DNA from: Octopus sinensis
Taxonomy: Eukaryota
DNA: 64,000 nucleotides
Direction of reading: 5' to 3'
Assembly (NCBI RefSeq): GCF_006345805.1
Contig: NC_043009.1
Coordinates: 56,792,001-56,856,000, forward strand
This document shows positions 48,639 to 62,453 of this stretch, piece after piece (the stretch's first letter is position 1; every line of letters starts with the position of its first letter). Position numbers and translations under genes: made by a program. The notes below the pieces were generated by a model. The model did no database searches. It was not told the origin of the DNA and saw only the letters and a list, made by a program, of their open reading frames with translations.

Positions 48639-49080
48639 CTGTCATCGTCGTCGTCGTCATCATCATCATGAAGATCATGATCACAGTTATCCTCAATATC
48701 ACTGCCACCACCAATACCAGCACTACTACGACTACTAATATCATCACTATTATCATTATCACCACCATCATCATCACAACCGCCAGCGTCATCACTGCTA
48801 CATTATCTTCCGTCATTTTCATCAACCCTACTACAAGCTTCACCATCGTCACCATCAGCAGCAGCAGCACTACTTCTCTACCACCAACGCCACGATAAAC
48901 CACACATCTGCCACCACCACCACCACCACCATCGTCATCATCACCATCACCATCACCACCACTGTCGCTATGTCTATCACAACCGATCAACAAACCACCA
49001 CCACCACCACTACCATTACCATGCGACCACCATCATCACCAGCATCACTATCCCGATCATCATCATCATCATCATGAAAG
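48470..49080. repeat. (CAT)n/(CAC)n low-complexity tract
   Basis: Directly visible. Confidence 0.95.
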
Positions 49081-49444
49081 ATAACACACAGTTTCTACCT
49101 CTCCCTCTCCTTCTTCGTCCCTTCACACTTCCCAACACCGAAACATCTCCACCGCCTTTACCTTCATAAATACCCTGAATACACCCTCCCTTGTGAACCA
49201 GACAATCTTGATCTAAATAAAGATCTTAAATAATGAGTCCCCTATGGGTACGGGCTGCGTGTGAGTGGAGGTGGGGCTGGAATATTGCCAGGAGAGACAT
49301 ATAATATAGGTTTCACCGTACAAACAGGATACATAGAATTAAAACACGAGTATATAGTATTTTATTTTTAGTCGGCAGAAGTTACAAAGTTACTCAAAGG
49401 CCCAGAGTTTTGAGTATGCACTTATTTTTGATAAATGGCTAATA

Positions 49445-50005
49445 CAGGGTGAGGCAGAGAGGACGGACGTTTTTCAAATGGCTATCTCTCAGCCCCAAGG
49501 GGAGGAACGTATGTCCGACAGATACTATTCGGTCCATGGTGTCTTAACATTTCTATTTTTATTTTCAAATGAAACCATGACGTTGTGGACGATAGACCAT
49601 CACGTGTTTGTCTACGATAGTTACATGAAGAATAACGAGTCTGTCACTTCAACATTCACCGAAATTAGACTATTCTCACTCGTAACACAATCTTACGTTG
49701 GGTGAATGCACTTCTTACACGAGGTACATTAATGAATATAAGACCAGTGGGGGCGCCACAAACGGTACGGAAAGCATAGGACTATACACAGAGCAATGCT
49801 GGAGAGAGTGGAGGCCATGTTCCAAGAACGCTTTCAGAAATACATCACTGAAAAGAGACACCACATAATGGGTATTGTTTTCTATACTTAATTTTGACAA
49901 ATGCTAATTCAATACAAATACATTGATGTCAATAAAGTTTGCTTGCAGCTAAAATTAATGATTTTGTGAATTTTTCAAAAGCGTCCGTGCTCTCTGCCCC
50001 ATCTG
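49445..50005 (+). mobile_element. Internally deleted Tc1/mariner-superfamily element (DUF4817-type HTH transposase)
   Basis: TA-flanked imperfect ~30-bp TIRs starting CAGGGTG. N-terminal remnant MTLWTIDHHVFVYDSYMKNNESV..TRNTILRWVNAL..GAPQTVR is joined to C-terminal MLERVEAMFQERFQKYI..HHIMGIVF. Confidence 0.8.
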
Positions 50006-50282
50006 TATGTATGTATGTATGTATGTATGTATATGTATATGTATGTATGAATGCATACATACATATATATATATGTATATATACATACATCTATATGTAT
50101 ATGTATATATGCATATATATATGTGTGGGGTTATATGTATGTATATATGTATATATGTGCATATACATAAACACGTATATATATATATGTATATACATAC
50201 ACATACATATAAACACTACATCTATTGTGCGTGTAATGCATATATATATATGTATGTGTGTGTGTATATATATGTATATGTA

Positions 50283-50373
<91 letters not shown>

Positions 50374-51005
50374 GAATGTATATGTATATATATGTATTTT
50401 TGTATGTATATTCTATATATTGATATATGGGTTTATATACATATACTCACACCCACGTTCCTACACACAAACACATACACTCTCATACACACACATACAC
50501 AAATCGACGATAAATGCATTTTGAATTGGTCCATCTACAAGACACCAGATCTCTTTCTCCCCCCCTCTCTCTCTTTCTCTCTTCCTTAATTCCTTATTCA
50601 TGATGACAGAGAAAGGCTCCGTTAATACCAGCTTCTACAGGAGAGCTAGCCGCAGTTCTATTAAAGAGAAGATCAGCCACACCAATGCTCAAATTTTAGA
50701 TCCAATGCGCCTTGAACAACACCTTACAACGCCGTCCCCAATCTATTGGCGTGACCCGTTGACTCGTCGAGAGAGGAAAACTGTATATTAATATTATTTA
50801 GTATCTCACTGAATCGAATTTTAAATAAAGAGGTGGGTATATATATGCGCACACTTTTACACATACAGACAACCTGATACCACACACCCATACATATACT
50901 AATCCCCAACGCTTGCTTTGCGCTATACACTCGCGCATGCATATGCATGTGTGCACGCACACTGGTATACATGCGTACATGCGTATACTGGTATACATGC
51001 GTAAA

Positions 51006-51236
51006 GGCGGCGAGCTGGCAGAAACGTTAGCGTGCCGGGCGAAATGCTTAGCGGTATTTCGTCTGGCGCAACGTTGTGAGTTCAAATCCGCCGAGGTTGA
51101 CTTTACCTATCATCCTTTCGGGGTCGATAAATTAAGTACCAGTTACGCACTGGGGTCGATGTAATCGACTTAATACCTATGTCTGCCCTTGTTTGTCCCC
51201 TCTAAGTTTAGCCCCTTGTGGGTAATAAAGAAATAG
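51006..51236 (+). mobile_element. SINE family B
   Basis: Full family B sequence. Confidence 0.9.
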
Positions 51237-51974
51237 GTATGCATGCGTACATGTATGCGAATATGCATATGAACATATGAATGAATACACATGTGTGTGT
51301 ATGCGTGTATGTGTGTGCATGCGTGCGCATGCGTGTGCATATCGGTACGCGTGCTCGCGTGCGTGTTCGTTGAAGCGTGTGTGTGTATGTGTGTGTATGT
51401 GCCCATGTACAGATGTGCACATTCACATCAATATACACATGCACGCAAAACTATATGAGCGCGTCTGCACATCCACATATAAAACTATATACTTGCACAT
51501 GCCGCCCCTTCCTGCTTTCCCCTTCCAACAACCTGACCGATTTCCAATCGCCACGTTTGTTTCCTGTCCTCCACGTGATCAATTTCCTGTTGGCGATGTG
51601 GTATTTTCCAACTAACTGTTACCCATATACCAGCATTAAACCACGACACCGCGTGACCTTCCTCGACTAATCACAGCCCATTTCACGGTAATATCAACTT
51701 CCGTCATTTAAATTCAAAATGTCTGATGACTAGCATCACGCTTGAAACTCAGGAGTACCAACGAATTTGAATCAAACTGTTTTGATCCATAAATCTAACG
51801 CTCAATAAATTGGTTGAGTGTCATTCTTTCATTTGTCTACTCACTCGTTTGTATACGAGGGGAATTGATTTCCTTAAAATAATAGGTGTGTATATAAACT
51901 GTGGTTTATATTTATATAAAGTAAGAAGAATAAGAAAATGGAGATTGTGAAGTTAATAACGAATTGATCATTAT

Positions 51975-52055
51975 CCCTTACAGCTGTTTCAATTATACAC
52001 CATGAAATTAAATAAATATTAAGTTCATATTTCTGAGTATAATCTCTTCAGAGGG
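51975..52055 (-). ncRNA. Type I hammerhead ribozyme motif
   Basis: Minus: CCCT CTGAAGA GATTATAC..GTATAATT GAAAC AGCT GTA AGGG. Confidence 0.82.
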
Positions 52056-52128
52056 CAAAATATACTCTTAGATGTTTTGTATGTTGTTTTGCTTGTACAA
52101 ACATACAAAACATCTAAGGGTATATTTT

Positions 52129-52211
52129 TCTCTCTGAAGAGATTATATTCAGAAATATGAACTTAATATTTATTTAATCTCACTGTATATAATTGGAACA
52201 GCTGTAAGAGA
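52129..52211 (+). ncRNA. Type I hammerhead motif with GAAA>GGAA change
   Basis: TCTCT CTGAAGA GATTATAT..ATATAATT GGAAC AGCT GTA AGAGA. Confidence 0.7.
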
Positions 52212-52396
52212 TAATGATCGATTTGTTGTTGGTAATAAACTCTTATTGACTTCACGATCTCCATTTTCTTTCTTTATAAACGTCCTGAAAACTCCTCACA
52301 ACCTTGGCTTTGTTATCTCATTTTGTCTAATATATATATATGCACAAGAAAATGAGTTGTCAAAAGAATAAGCGATTATCTTTTGAACTCCATTAG

Positions 52397-52472
52397 CTTA
52401 CAGCTGTTTCTGCAATTAGATGTAGTGGGTTTATAGTTAAGTGCCTGAATAACACTTTATAGCTTCATCGGA
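52397..52472 (-). ncRNA. Decayed hammerhead motif
   Basis: Minus: CCGATGA...GAAAC AGCT GTA; core U4>C and poor stem I. Confidence 0.3.
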
Positions 52473-52514
52473 TCCTTTAAATTGCTGGGCTTGTACAGAA
52501 ATGTGGAGCCATTA

Positions 52515-52516
<2 letters not shown>

Positions 52517-52569
<53 letters not shown>

Positions 52570-52586
52570 CATCATCATCATCATCA

Positions 52587-52619
<33 letters not shown>

Positions 52620-52665
52620 TATTATATTATTATTATTATTATTATTATCATCATCATCATCATCA

Positions 52666-52711
<46 letters not shown>

Positions 52712-52723
52712 CATCATCATCAT

Positions 52724-52774
<51 letters not shown>

Positions 52775-52805
52775 CACTACTACTACTACGAGTACTACTA
52801 CTACT
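52517..52805. repeat. Compound (TAT)/(CAT)/(TAC)n microsatellite
   Basis: Directly visible. Confidence 0.95.
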
Positions 52806-53785
52806 ACAAAAGCGGCGAGCTGGCAGAATCGTTAGCATACCGGGCAAAATGCTTAGTAGTATTTCGTCCACGTTTACGTCCTGAAGTTCAAATTCTGCTG
52901 AGGTCGACTTTGCAATTCATTCATTCGGTTTCGATAAAATAAGTACCAGTTGAGTACTGGAATCGATGTAATCGACTATCCCCCCACCCCACCCAACAAA
53001 AAAATTTCAGGCCTTGTGCTTTTAGTGGAAAGGATTATTATCATATCTGCTCAGTTCCTGAAAATAAGGGAAGCCGACAGAATAGTTAGCGCGTCGGACA
53101 AAATACTTGAAGGAATTTCTTCACAATAATACGGCCAGTAATTTTTTGGGAATAGGGTAAGTCGATCACATTGATCTCCAGTGCTCAACTGGTACTTATT
53201 TTATCGAACCCAAAATAATGAAAGGCAAAGTTGACGTCGGTAGAATTTGAACTCAGAATATAAATACAGACGAAACACCGTTAAGCGATTTGTCCGGCGT
53301 GCTAACGATTCTGCCAGTTCGCTGCCTTGAGTGTATGTATGTTTAGATGTATATTGGAGTGGAAATTTCATCGGAAACACCAGGCGTCTGAACACAACTG
53401 AAACAGATGGTGATGTGTGCTTCTGCATAGGAATGTGTATGAACGCCACCACACCCCTTCACAATTACTGTAACTTAGGAAGGAAACCATTCTCCCTTGG
53501 TATTTCTGCTTCAGTTGAACCAATATTTACATCAACAACATTTCCCTTAGCAATGGTCCCATGGTGGCATTTATCTTTCTCGTTAGTCAAACTCTTTTGC
53601 TCAAATAAATAATTGGCATTGTTTTCCTTATTTGGTATATTATTGTAGTTATTATTGCGGTGGTGGTGGTGGTGGTGGTGGTGATGGTGATGGTGTTGGT
53701 GTTAGTGTTGTTGTTGTTGGTGGTGATGGTGTTGGTGTTAGTATTTTTGTTGTTGTTGGTGGTGGTGGTGTAGGTGTTGTTGTTG

Positions 53786-53817
<32 letters not shown>

Positions 53818-53886
53818 GGTGTCGGTGGTGGTGGTTTGAGGAACTGATCGTAGTCATTGCAGTTGTTGTTGCTGTTGTTCTTATCA

Positions 53887-53938
<52 letters not shown>

Positions 53939-54130
53939 CATCATCATCATTATTACTATTATTCTTACTTCAGAGTCCTTGTTCAACACGTTCTTATTGT
54001 TAACTCGAACTGTTAGTGAACAAAAGAGCTTCATACACTTCGCTGTAGTGTCAACAGCAAACAAGCATTGTCGCTCAACAATTTACAACAATATGTGGGT
54101 GCACAAGTGAATGTGTGCGTGTGTGTGTGT

Positions 54131-54165
<35 letters not shown>

Positions 54166-54350
54166 AAGTGTAATCATATGTACATACACACACCCACTGC
54201 AAACGAACCCAATGACACATGATCACTTTCTTCATCCCAACATGCCTTGAAAATATGTTTCTGATAATAACTTAATGTTTCTCAGGATTGCTTTTGAATT
54301 TTCATTATATTCCTTTCTTCATATGTGTGTATGTTGATTCGTTAGCTACT

Positions 54351-54535
54351 GCACGCATTTTTTTTCTCTCCTTCTTTCTGTGTTTTTCTCTCTCTGTGTA
54401 TCTTTCTGTTGAAGAGCGTAGGCTCGAAACGTTAAAGACTTGTTTTATTTATATTTCCTGAGCGCCATACTAATACAATTGTTCGTTTGTTTTCCACCTG
54501 CCTTCGTCTTTTGTTTATTTTCATAAAGCTTCCCG

Positions 54536-54536
<1 letters not shown>
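54351..54536 (+). mobile_element. HHR-bearing element; variant HHR at 54401-54438; 3' end joins (TA)n
   Basis: Reverse complement of 28531-28716. Confidence 0.85.
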
Positions 54537-54583
<47 letters not shown>

Positions 54584-55010
54584 CATTTTTCAACTTAAAA
54601 TCACGTCCGGTTCGTAATATCAAATTCTTATAGTTACGCAATCTTTTACATTTTTTTCTTGTCTCTAATGGCGTTCTTCTGTAATAAACCAAATTCTCTA
54701 ACACCAAGACCGCTATCACCACCACCATGTTATGAAACTGTCTCTCCCTTCCTGGTCATATCTTACCACTAATTATATCCACAACACTCCTCGTTTCCCT
54801 TCCTGACCAAGAAAAATCATCAACTAATGAGCCAGGGAAGAAAGGTAGAGTTGAAAAGCAAATATAGAAATAGAAATATGGAATATGGGTTCAGAAATAT
54901 AAAGGAAGGTGGTGAGAATATTTATTTTCACGGTGGGTTCGACTGGTAGCCAGATCCGTCCTACACACCACAGCAGCTATTGAAGTAATTTCACAAGTCA
55001 AAAACAAAAA

Positions 55011-55286
55011 GGTGGCGAGCTGGCAGAAACATTAGCACGCTGGGCGAAATGCTTAGCGGTATTTCGTCTGCCGTTACGTTCTGAGTTCAAATTCCGCCGA
55101 GGTCGACTTTGCCTTTCATCCTTTCGGGGTCGATTAAATAAGTACCAGTTACGCACTGGGGTCGATGTAATCGACTTAATACCTATGTCTGTCCTTGTTT
55201 GTCCCCTCTGTGTTTAGCCCCTTGTGGGTAATAAAGAAATAGGTATTTCGTCTGTCTTTATGCTCTGAGTTCAAATTTCGCTGAGG
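55011..55286 (+). mobile_element. SINE family B, young CpG-rich copy plus partial second unit
   Basis: ggtggcgagctggcagaaac..gtaataaagaaataggtat. Confidence 0.92.
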
Positions 55287-56060
55287 AAACTGGCATTTCA
55301 CAATTTAATGTGATGGGTGAGATTTGGCTGCTATTTCTAGCTGACAGAGCGATCATGTTGTGGCTTCCATGTTGGCTCGGAATCTTACATTTTTGCTGTA
55401 TGGTGCCGGTAAAAGTATAAGTAATATAACGATGCATCATTTCATTGATACGAAGCCACAGACTTGTAAATGCGTGGTAAAGTCAATATATAGCTGCTTC
55501 TTATCGTATTGATTCCTGAGGGATAAGTTCAACCTTGGTAAGATTTGAAAACAGATCGTAGAGCATCAAAACCAAGTTGTGTAAGACGTTCAGTTTCATA
55601 CGCAACAAATTTTACCCATTCACTGTAATGGTTTCAAATTTTGACACAAGTCCATCAGTTATAAGAGATGGTGTAAATCGATTAAATTGACTCCCTAGTA
55701 TTCAACTGGTATTTATTTCATCATTCCGGAAAGGATCAATGGCCAAGTCGGACTTAGATCGTGAAAAGCTGAAAGAAATACTGCAAAGCATTTTCTCCGA
55801 CTCGTTGATGATTCTACTGCCTGTTTAGTTTCAAATTTTGACACAAGGCCATCAATTGTTGAGGGGTCAATTGATTACATCGACCCTAGTACTTGATTAG
55901 TACTTTATTTTATTCTCATTGACAGGAAAAAAGGCAAAGTTGACCTAGGCAAGATTTGAACTCAGAACATTAAGATTCGGAAGAAATGCACTTAAATATT
56001 TTTTCCGATGCGCTAACGATTCTACCAACTTACCACATTTTCAGAAACTAAATAATAATA

Positions 56061-56558
56061 ATCCTTTCTGCTATGGACACAAGGCCTTGAAAATTTTGTG
56101 GGGAAGAGGGCTAGTCGATTACATTCGACCCAAGCGCGTACCTGATATTTATTTAATCGACCCCGATAGGATGAAAGGTAAAGTCGACCTCGGCGGAATA
56201 TGAACTCAGAATGTAACGGCAGACGAAATACCTATTTCTTTACTACCCACAAGGGGCTAAACACAAAGAGGATAAACAAGGACAGACAAACGGATTAAGT
56301 CGATTATATCGTCCCCAGTGCGTAACTGGTACTTATTTAATCGACCCCGAAAGGATGAAAGGCAAAGTCGACCTCGGCGGAATTTGAACTCAGAACGTTG
56401 CGGCAGACGAAATACCAATAAGCATTTCGCCCGGCGTGCTAACGATTCTGCCGGCGAAGAAGAAGAAGAAGAAGAAGAAGAAGAAGAAAAAGAAGAAGAA
56501 GAAGATGCCGCCGCTAAGCATTTAGCCCGGCGCGCTAACGATTCTTCCACCTCGCCAC
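56061..56558 (-). mobile_element. SINE family B dimer with (GAA)n interruption
   Basis: Reverse complement family B blocks. Confidence 0.85.
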
Positions 56559-57037
56559 CTTCCTTCACTGTAATAGGTTAAGTAATATATTCTAAATGAT
56601 ATAGTTTAAACAGTTTAAGTAGCATGATAAATATTATATTCTAAATAGTGTATTATACCATACGTAGTATTTTATAAATAGTATATTAAAATTAGAACAA
56701 TGTGATGAGAGTCAGCAGCTATAAACTTAAAAGATGGAAGATATTAAGTGTACAAATTAGATTAATAAAGTACGGAAAGAACGAGTCAAAATTCCTAGAT
56801 TTCTTTGAAACGTTCATCTCTAATTATTCAAATGAAAATGTCTGTGGGAAGTAACAAGTGCCTAAGTTAATCGTTTTGCTTTCTTACCGAAATGCTGCTG
56901 AGAAAATAAACGTCTGTTTTTGAACAAAAATGGCGCCAGGATACTGAATAGAAGGAGATAAACCAGCATTAACGATAAATTTATGTGTTGCCTGAGTCAT
57001 TGTTTGAGCACTTTATTTCTACTTACACTAATTTCTG

Positions 57038-57111
<74 letters not shown>

Positions 57112-57618
57112 CATCAATTTGAATGTATGGTTTATTATTGTTCTTGTTAAAGTCGTTGTTAATTGTTATCTTGTTTGTTATTTTGTTGTTGTACATGGTA
57201 ACAATTTAAGTTATGATGGAAAAGGTTTGGCAATGATTAATTTACCACAGAAAGTCGTGACTTAAAGCAGATTCTGTTTAACTTGTGTTTATAAAGTAAT
57301 AAGAGGAAGGCTTATTTGAGAGATGAAATATTGTTAATTGTTTATTAGTTTCTGCCTTCGCAGTAGAAATCTTTAGCAACATGGCTACTGTAGAGACGGT
57401 GGGATGCAGTGGAGTGGGGGTAGGGATGGGTGTTTTACTGGATGCATTTATGAACAATAACGTCGGTTGATATTTGTGCTCAAATAGCGTTGCTATGGAC
57501 CGATTAATAAATTCACTGCAGATAATTCTCATAAAAATGTTAACTAAATTCCTGCTACGGAGTATTTATAGGTAATAATTAACCAAATAGCAGCATACTT
57601 GCAGCATTTCGATACTAC

Positions 57619-57656
<38 letters not shown>

Positions 57657-58427
57657 GGTGGTGGTGGTGGTGGTGGTGGTGACGATAATGACGATGACGA
57701 CGTCGATGATGAATGTTGATGCAGTGCAGATGATAATAATGATAATTATAATGATTAAGATGATTATGATGATGATTGTGATAATGATGTTGATGATGAT
57801 CCTCATCATCATCTTTTAACGTCCGTCTGTACTGGCATGGAAGTTCACACTTTGACAGATCTGGGAACTTCCTCGTGCTCCAATGTCTGATTTGGCGTGG
57901 TTACCATGGCTAGATGGCCTTCCTAACATCAACCACATTACAGAGTATATTGGGTGTTTGTGTGGGGGGGGGGCGTGAATAAGAGAGGTCGCCGTGCAGC
58001 TTGCAAGACTTTGATCTTTGAGTGAGTAGGACTGAAGGAGAGAGGGGTGTGGCTTTATGTTAGGAAATGAAAACGTAGATCTATGAAACACGGGGTATGA
58101 ACAGAACAGGCACCTTGCAGTAGAGGAGTTGCATGGTTATTAGCATTGTAAAAGATTAGGCGGAACCCGATGGGTGGAGCTAAAAAGAGAGATAGATTAG
58201 TGTCAAGATGGACCGGTAGGATACAAAAAGGCGAGCTGGAGCGAAACGTGACGGAACAACAAGGAGCGAGGATGGACATCGGATGAAAGACTGTACGGGA
58301 AGTGGTACAAACGAACACAACCAACACTGCCAACGACACAAATTCCAATAGAATCGTCTAAATAAGGGATTCTTAGCCGGGGTCTATATGACCCTTTGGG
58401 GGTCTGTATAAAATTTAAGAGACCAAT

Positions 58428-58756
58428 GTGTACGAACGCCACTATATTTTTATATATAAAAAATACAAAAATGAGACAAGAACGATACAAAGAAAACAAG
58501 GGTGGGTCATTCGGAGTTTTCTTTCCTGAGTCGAGTTCCAGATTATCTTTGCAATTTCAGCTGGTTCGAAATTGCAAAGATAATCTGGAACTCGACTCAG
58601 GGAAGAAAACTCCGAATGACCCACCCTTGTTTTCTTTGTATCGTTTGTCTGGATGTTTTGTTGTCCTTTTTTGTATCACCTAACTTTCTGGATACTTTGC
58701 GTTCTTGTCCCATTTTTGTATTTTTTATATGTAAAAATATAGCGGCGTACGTACAC
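58428..58756. repeat. Foldback element with 77-bp inner inverted arms and outer arms
   Basis: 58482-58558 pairs with 58568-58644 (1 mismatch, 9-nt loop); outer arms pair across a ~60-nt one-sided bulge. Confidence 0.92.
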
Positions 58757-58764
58757 TTTCATCT

Positions 58765-58809
<45 letters not shown>

Positions 58810-59094
58810 TTTGTACGACTCTATTATTCTTTCTATTCTTTCATTCTTTCCTTCTTTCTATCAGCCCCTTCACACTTCGTTCATTCCACTCTTCGTTCTT
58901 TCGTTTCCCCTCTCTCATATTTCCTGACCTTCTCTTCATGCTAACCTTCCCTCCTCTTTCACTTCACTCTGTCCCTTTCATTTCCCCCCCCTTAATTCTT
59001 CTATCCCTCTACCTCTCTCTCTTCTCTCCCCATGTGACCGGTGTTCGGCCAAGCCTGACCTTTCTTTCTCGGTTCGACTACCATCCGTGCAACC

Positions 59095-59321
59095 GGCGAG
59101 CTGGCAGAAACGGTAGCACGCCGGGCGAAATGTGTATCCGTATTTCGTCCGCCGTTACGTTCTGAGTTCAAGTTCCGCCGAGGTCGACTTTTCCTTTCAT
59201 CCTTTCGGGGTCAATAAATTAAGTACCAGTTACGCACTGGGGTCGATGGAATCGACTTAATCGCTTTGTCTGTCCTTGTTTGTCCCCTCTGTGTTTAGCC
59301 CCTTGTGGGTATTAAAGAAAT
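59095..59321 (+). mobile_element. SINE family B
   Basis: Family B sequence. Confidence 0.88.
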
Positions 59322-59819
59322 ATATATTCCTCCCTGTGCCTGTCAAATCTTATGTCTCTGCCGTAAGGCTTTACTTCCACACACGCCAGCTTTATTTGAT
59401 TCGTCCTTAGTCAAAAGACACCCACTGTTAATGTCCTGTATTTGTGTACCATTTCTCCGTTTTTTATCGTCCTTGTTTTCGTATACATTCGCTCCTTTCT
59501 TCCAAGGAACCTTGTGCTCTTAGCTTAGTTTTTTTCTTGGGTCTGGCCAGATTGGAGCAATCTCAAGTATAACCAGCCGCAATTGCAAAGATAATCTGGA
59601 ATTTGACCGAGGAAAGAAAACTCCGAATGACCCGTCCTTGTTTTCTTTGTATCGTCTGTCTGGATGTTTTGTTGTCCCTTTTTTGTATCACCTATCTGTC
59701 TGGTTGTTTTGCGTTCTTGTCCCATTTTTGTATTATATATATATATATATATATAGCCACTATCGCCGAGCTCAGCACCTGCGACCGATTCACCTTGGCT
59801 CGCGTCCGAAACAGCAGCA

Positions 59820-60325
59820 GGCAAGTGGCTGAACACTCCATCTATATATGTACCCTTAACATAGTTCTCAGGGAAATTCAGCGTGACACATCAACTGTGA
59901 CTAGACTGGCCCTTTTGAAATACTGGTACAACTCATTTTTGCCAGCTGAGTGGAATGGAGCAACGTGATATAAAGTGCTTTGCTCAAGGACAGAACGCAT
60001 CGCCGGGAATTGGTTAGTGGTTAGGGCATTCGGTTCACGATTGTAAGGTCGTGAGTTCAATTCCCGGCGACGCGTTGTGTCCTTGAGCAAGACACTTTAT
60101 TTCACGTTACTCCAGTCCAATCAGCTAGCAAAAATGAGTTGTACCTGAATTTCAAAGGGCCGGCCTTGTCACACTTTGTGTCACGCTGAATCTCCCTGAG
60201 AACTACGTTAAGGGAGTACTCGTGTCTGAAGATTGCTCAGTCACTTGTACGTTAATTTCACGAACAAGCTGTTCCGTTGATCGTATCAGCTGAGACCCTC
60301 GTCGTTGTAACCGACGGAGTGCTCC
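59820..60325. mobile_element. Two SINE family D copies joined head to head (minus 59820-60010, plus 60011-60325)
   Basis: Mutually reverse-complementary family D blocks. Confidence 0.7.
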
Positions 60326-60365
60326 TGTATATATCCATACATATATGTATACGTGTGTATGTGTA

Positions 60366-60397
<32 letters not shown>

Positions 60398-61249
60398 CAG
60401 AGCAGAGAGAGTGTGTGTATGTATGCACACACGTGACTTGCATGCTTCGTTTAGCAAAGTTCTATATTTGTGCGGGGGTGGTCGTCAGCATGCGTGTGTG
60501 CAAATGTGTGGGTGTGGTTGTGAGCGTTCGTGCGTGCATTCGTGTGGGGGAAAGAGTGCGTATTGATGAAGTGTTATATAGACACAACTAAAATAAAAAG
60601 ACCCTCGAATAAACAAAAATAAAGTCGAGCAATATATAGAATAATGCAACACAAAACCTGTAACATTACCCTATCTCCGGACACGCAGTGGACACAACGC
60701 GGTTCCACCAGTTATTCTGCAGCTTCGTTCTGAAGGTTTAATCGTCTCCCATCACCGAAACTCTAGATAAACTGATATAAAACGAAATATGAAGAGCACA
60801 TTTTACAAACGATCCGCCATGTAATAAAACGTTTCGAGAGAGCTCAATTTTACCCGATAGCAATCGTAAGAGATAAAAATCAAGGCCAACAAGCGGGAAT
60901 AGGTTATTATAGTAATTATGCGGAATAAATATTTAGCAATTATGAGAATATTTCTCCGAGCAAAACGATTCAGCGGGTACGCTGAATGAAAGAGAAGAAT
61001 ATCAGATTTAGGGATGATATGCATGCACTAACACACGAGCGTGGACACACACACACACACACACGCACACACATACACATACATACACACATATATACAC
61101 ACTCACTCACACACACACACACACACATATACACATATGTACGTTGTCTGTATGTAGGTAAGTTGATAGGTAGTTATATATACACAGGCATATATATAGA
61201 GATATGCGTATACATGCATATATACACACACACCTACACACACGCATAT

Positions 61250-61473
<224 letters not shown>

Positions 61474-61975
61474 CATATACATATATACATGTGTGCATGT
61501 GCGTGTGTAGGATTAATACATTAATATTAATTCCAACATTAGGAATAGATACATAGAGATCTATACTACAGATATTAAGAGAGAGGGGGAGAGAGGGGGG
61601 AGGGGAGAAAGACAGACAGACAAAGACAATGAGAATGTGTGTGTGTGTGTGCGCGCGCATGCATGTGTGTGTAGACGGATATAGAGCTTGATGTTTTTAA
61701 ATATAAACAATTTCTCCCTTATAAATGATTAAAATTTTCTCTTTGTATATGAATAAATACGTGTGTCTATATATATGTATGCGAGAACGTATGTATTCGC
61801 ATATATAAATGTATGCTTTCATAAATGTAAACCAATATAGATAGATAGATAGATAGATAGATAGATTGGTAGGGAGGTAGATAGACAGATACATACATAC
61901 ATACATACATTCATACATATATACTTACATATATACATACACACACACACACACACACACACAACACACACACAC

Positions 61976-62023
<48 letters not shown>

Positions 62024-62453
62024 TATATAGCCATATGCATATATATGTATGTACACATACACATACACATACACACACTTATACATTCACTTGGTCGTTC
62101 AAATGTCCCTTTAATATTAAAATAAATAGGTGAAAAAGATCAAAATACCTTATTGTTCATTTTATCTTCTCTCCTGTCTATCCCTCACTCACACCTACCA
62201 TTTTCCATCTACCCACTGCTTTTTTATAACCGTACCCTCATCCTGTCTGTTGGTTACCACAACTTGGAGATTCCTTGATAGTTATAGTATGCCGCCCTGC
62301 TCTTTAGACAGACAGACAGCCAGCTGGAGTACCCCGGGTTGCTAAATTTGGTACGCTCGGACAACTGAATAAAACAACCGTTATATTGCATGATTTTGAG
62401 TGATAAAGAATATTCTCCCTTCATGTGATATTTTTCTACAGAGATTGCGACAA

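Larger units (their letters stand above)
51913..52280. repeat. Imperfect inverted repeat (arms ~170-185 bp, ~11-bp spacer)
   Basis: Arms are reverse complements with scattered differences and an indel. Confidence 0.92.

Noticed and set aside
58396-58807. Mirror-image ORFs starting MGHSEFS on both strands
   Set aside because: A consequence of the inverted repeat, not protein coding.
60700-60870. CTGAAGG..GAAAC and GAAACGTT fragments
   Set aside because: Core is defective and stems are not supportable; not counted as HHRs.
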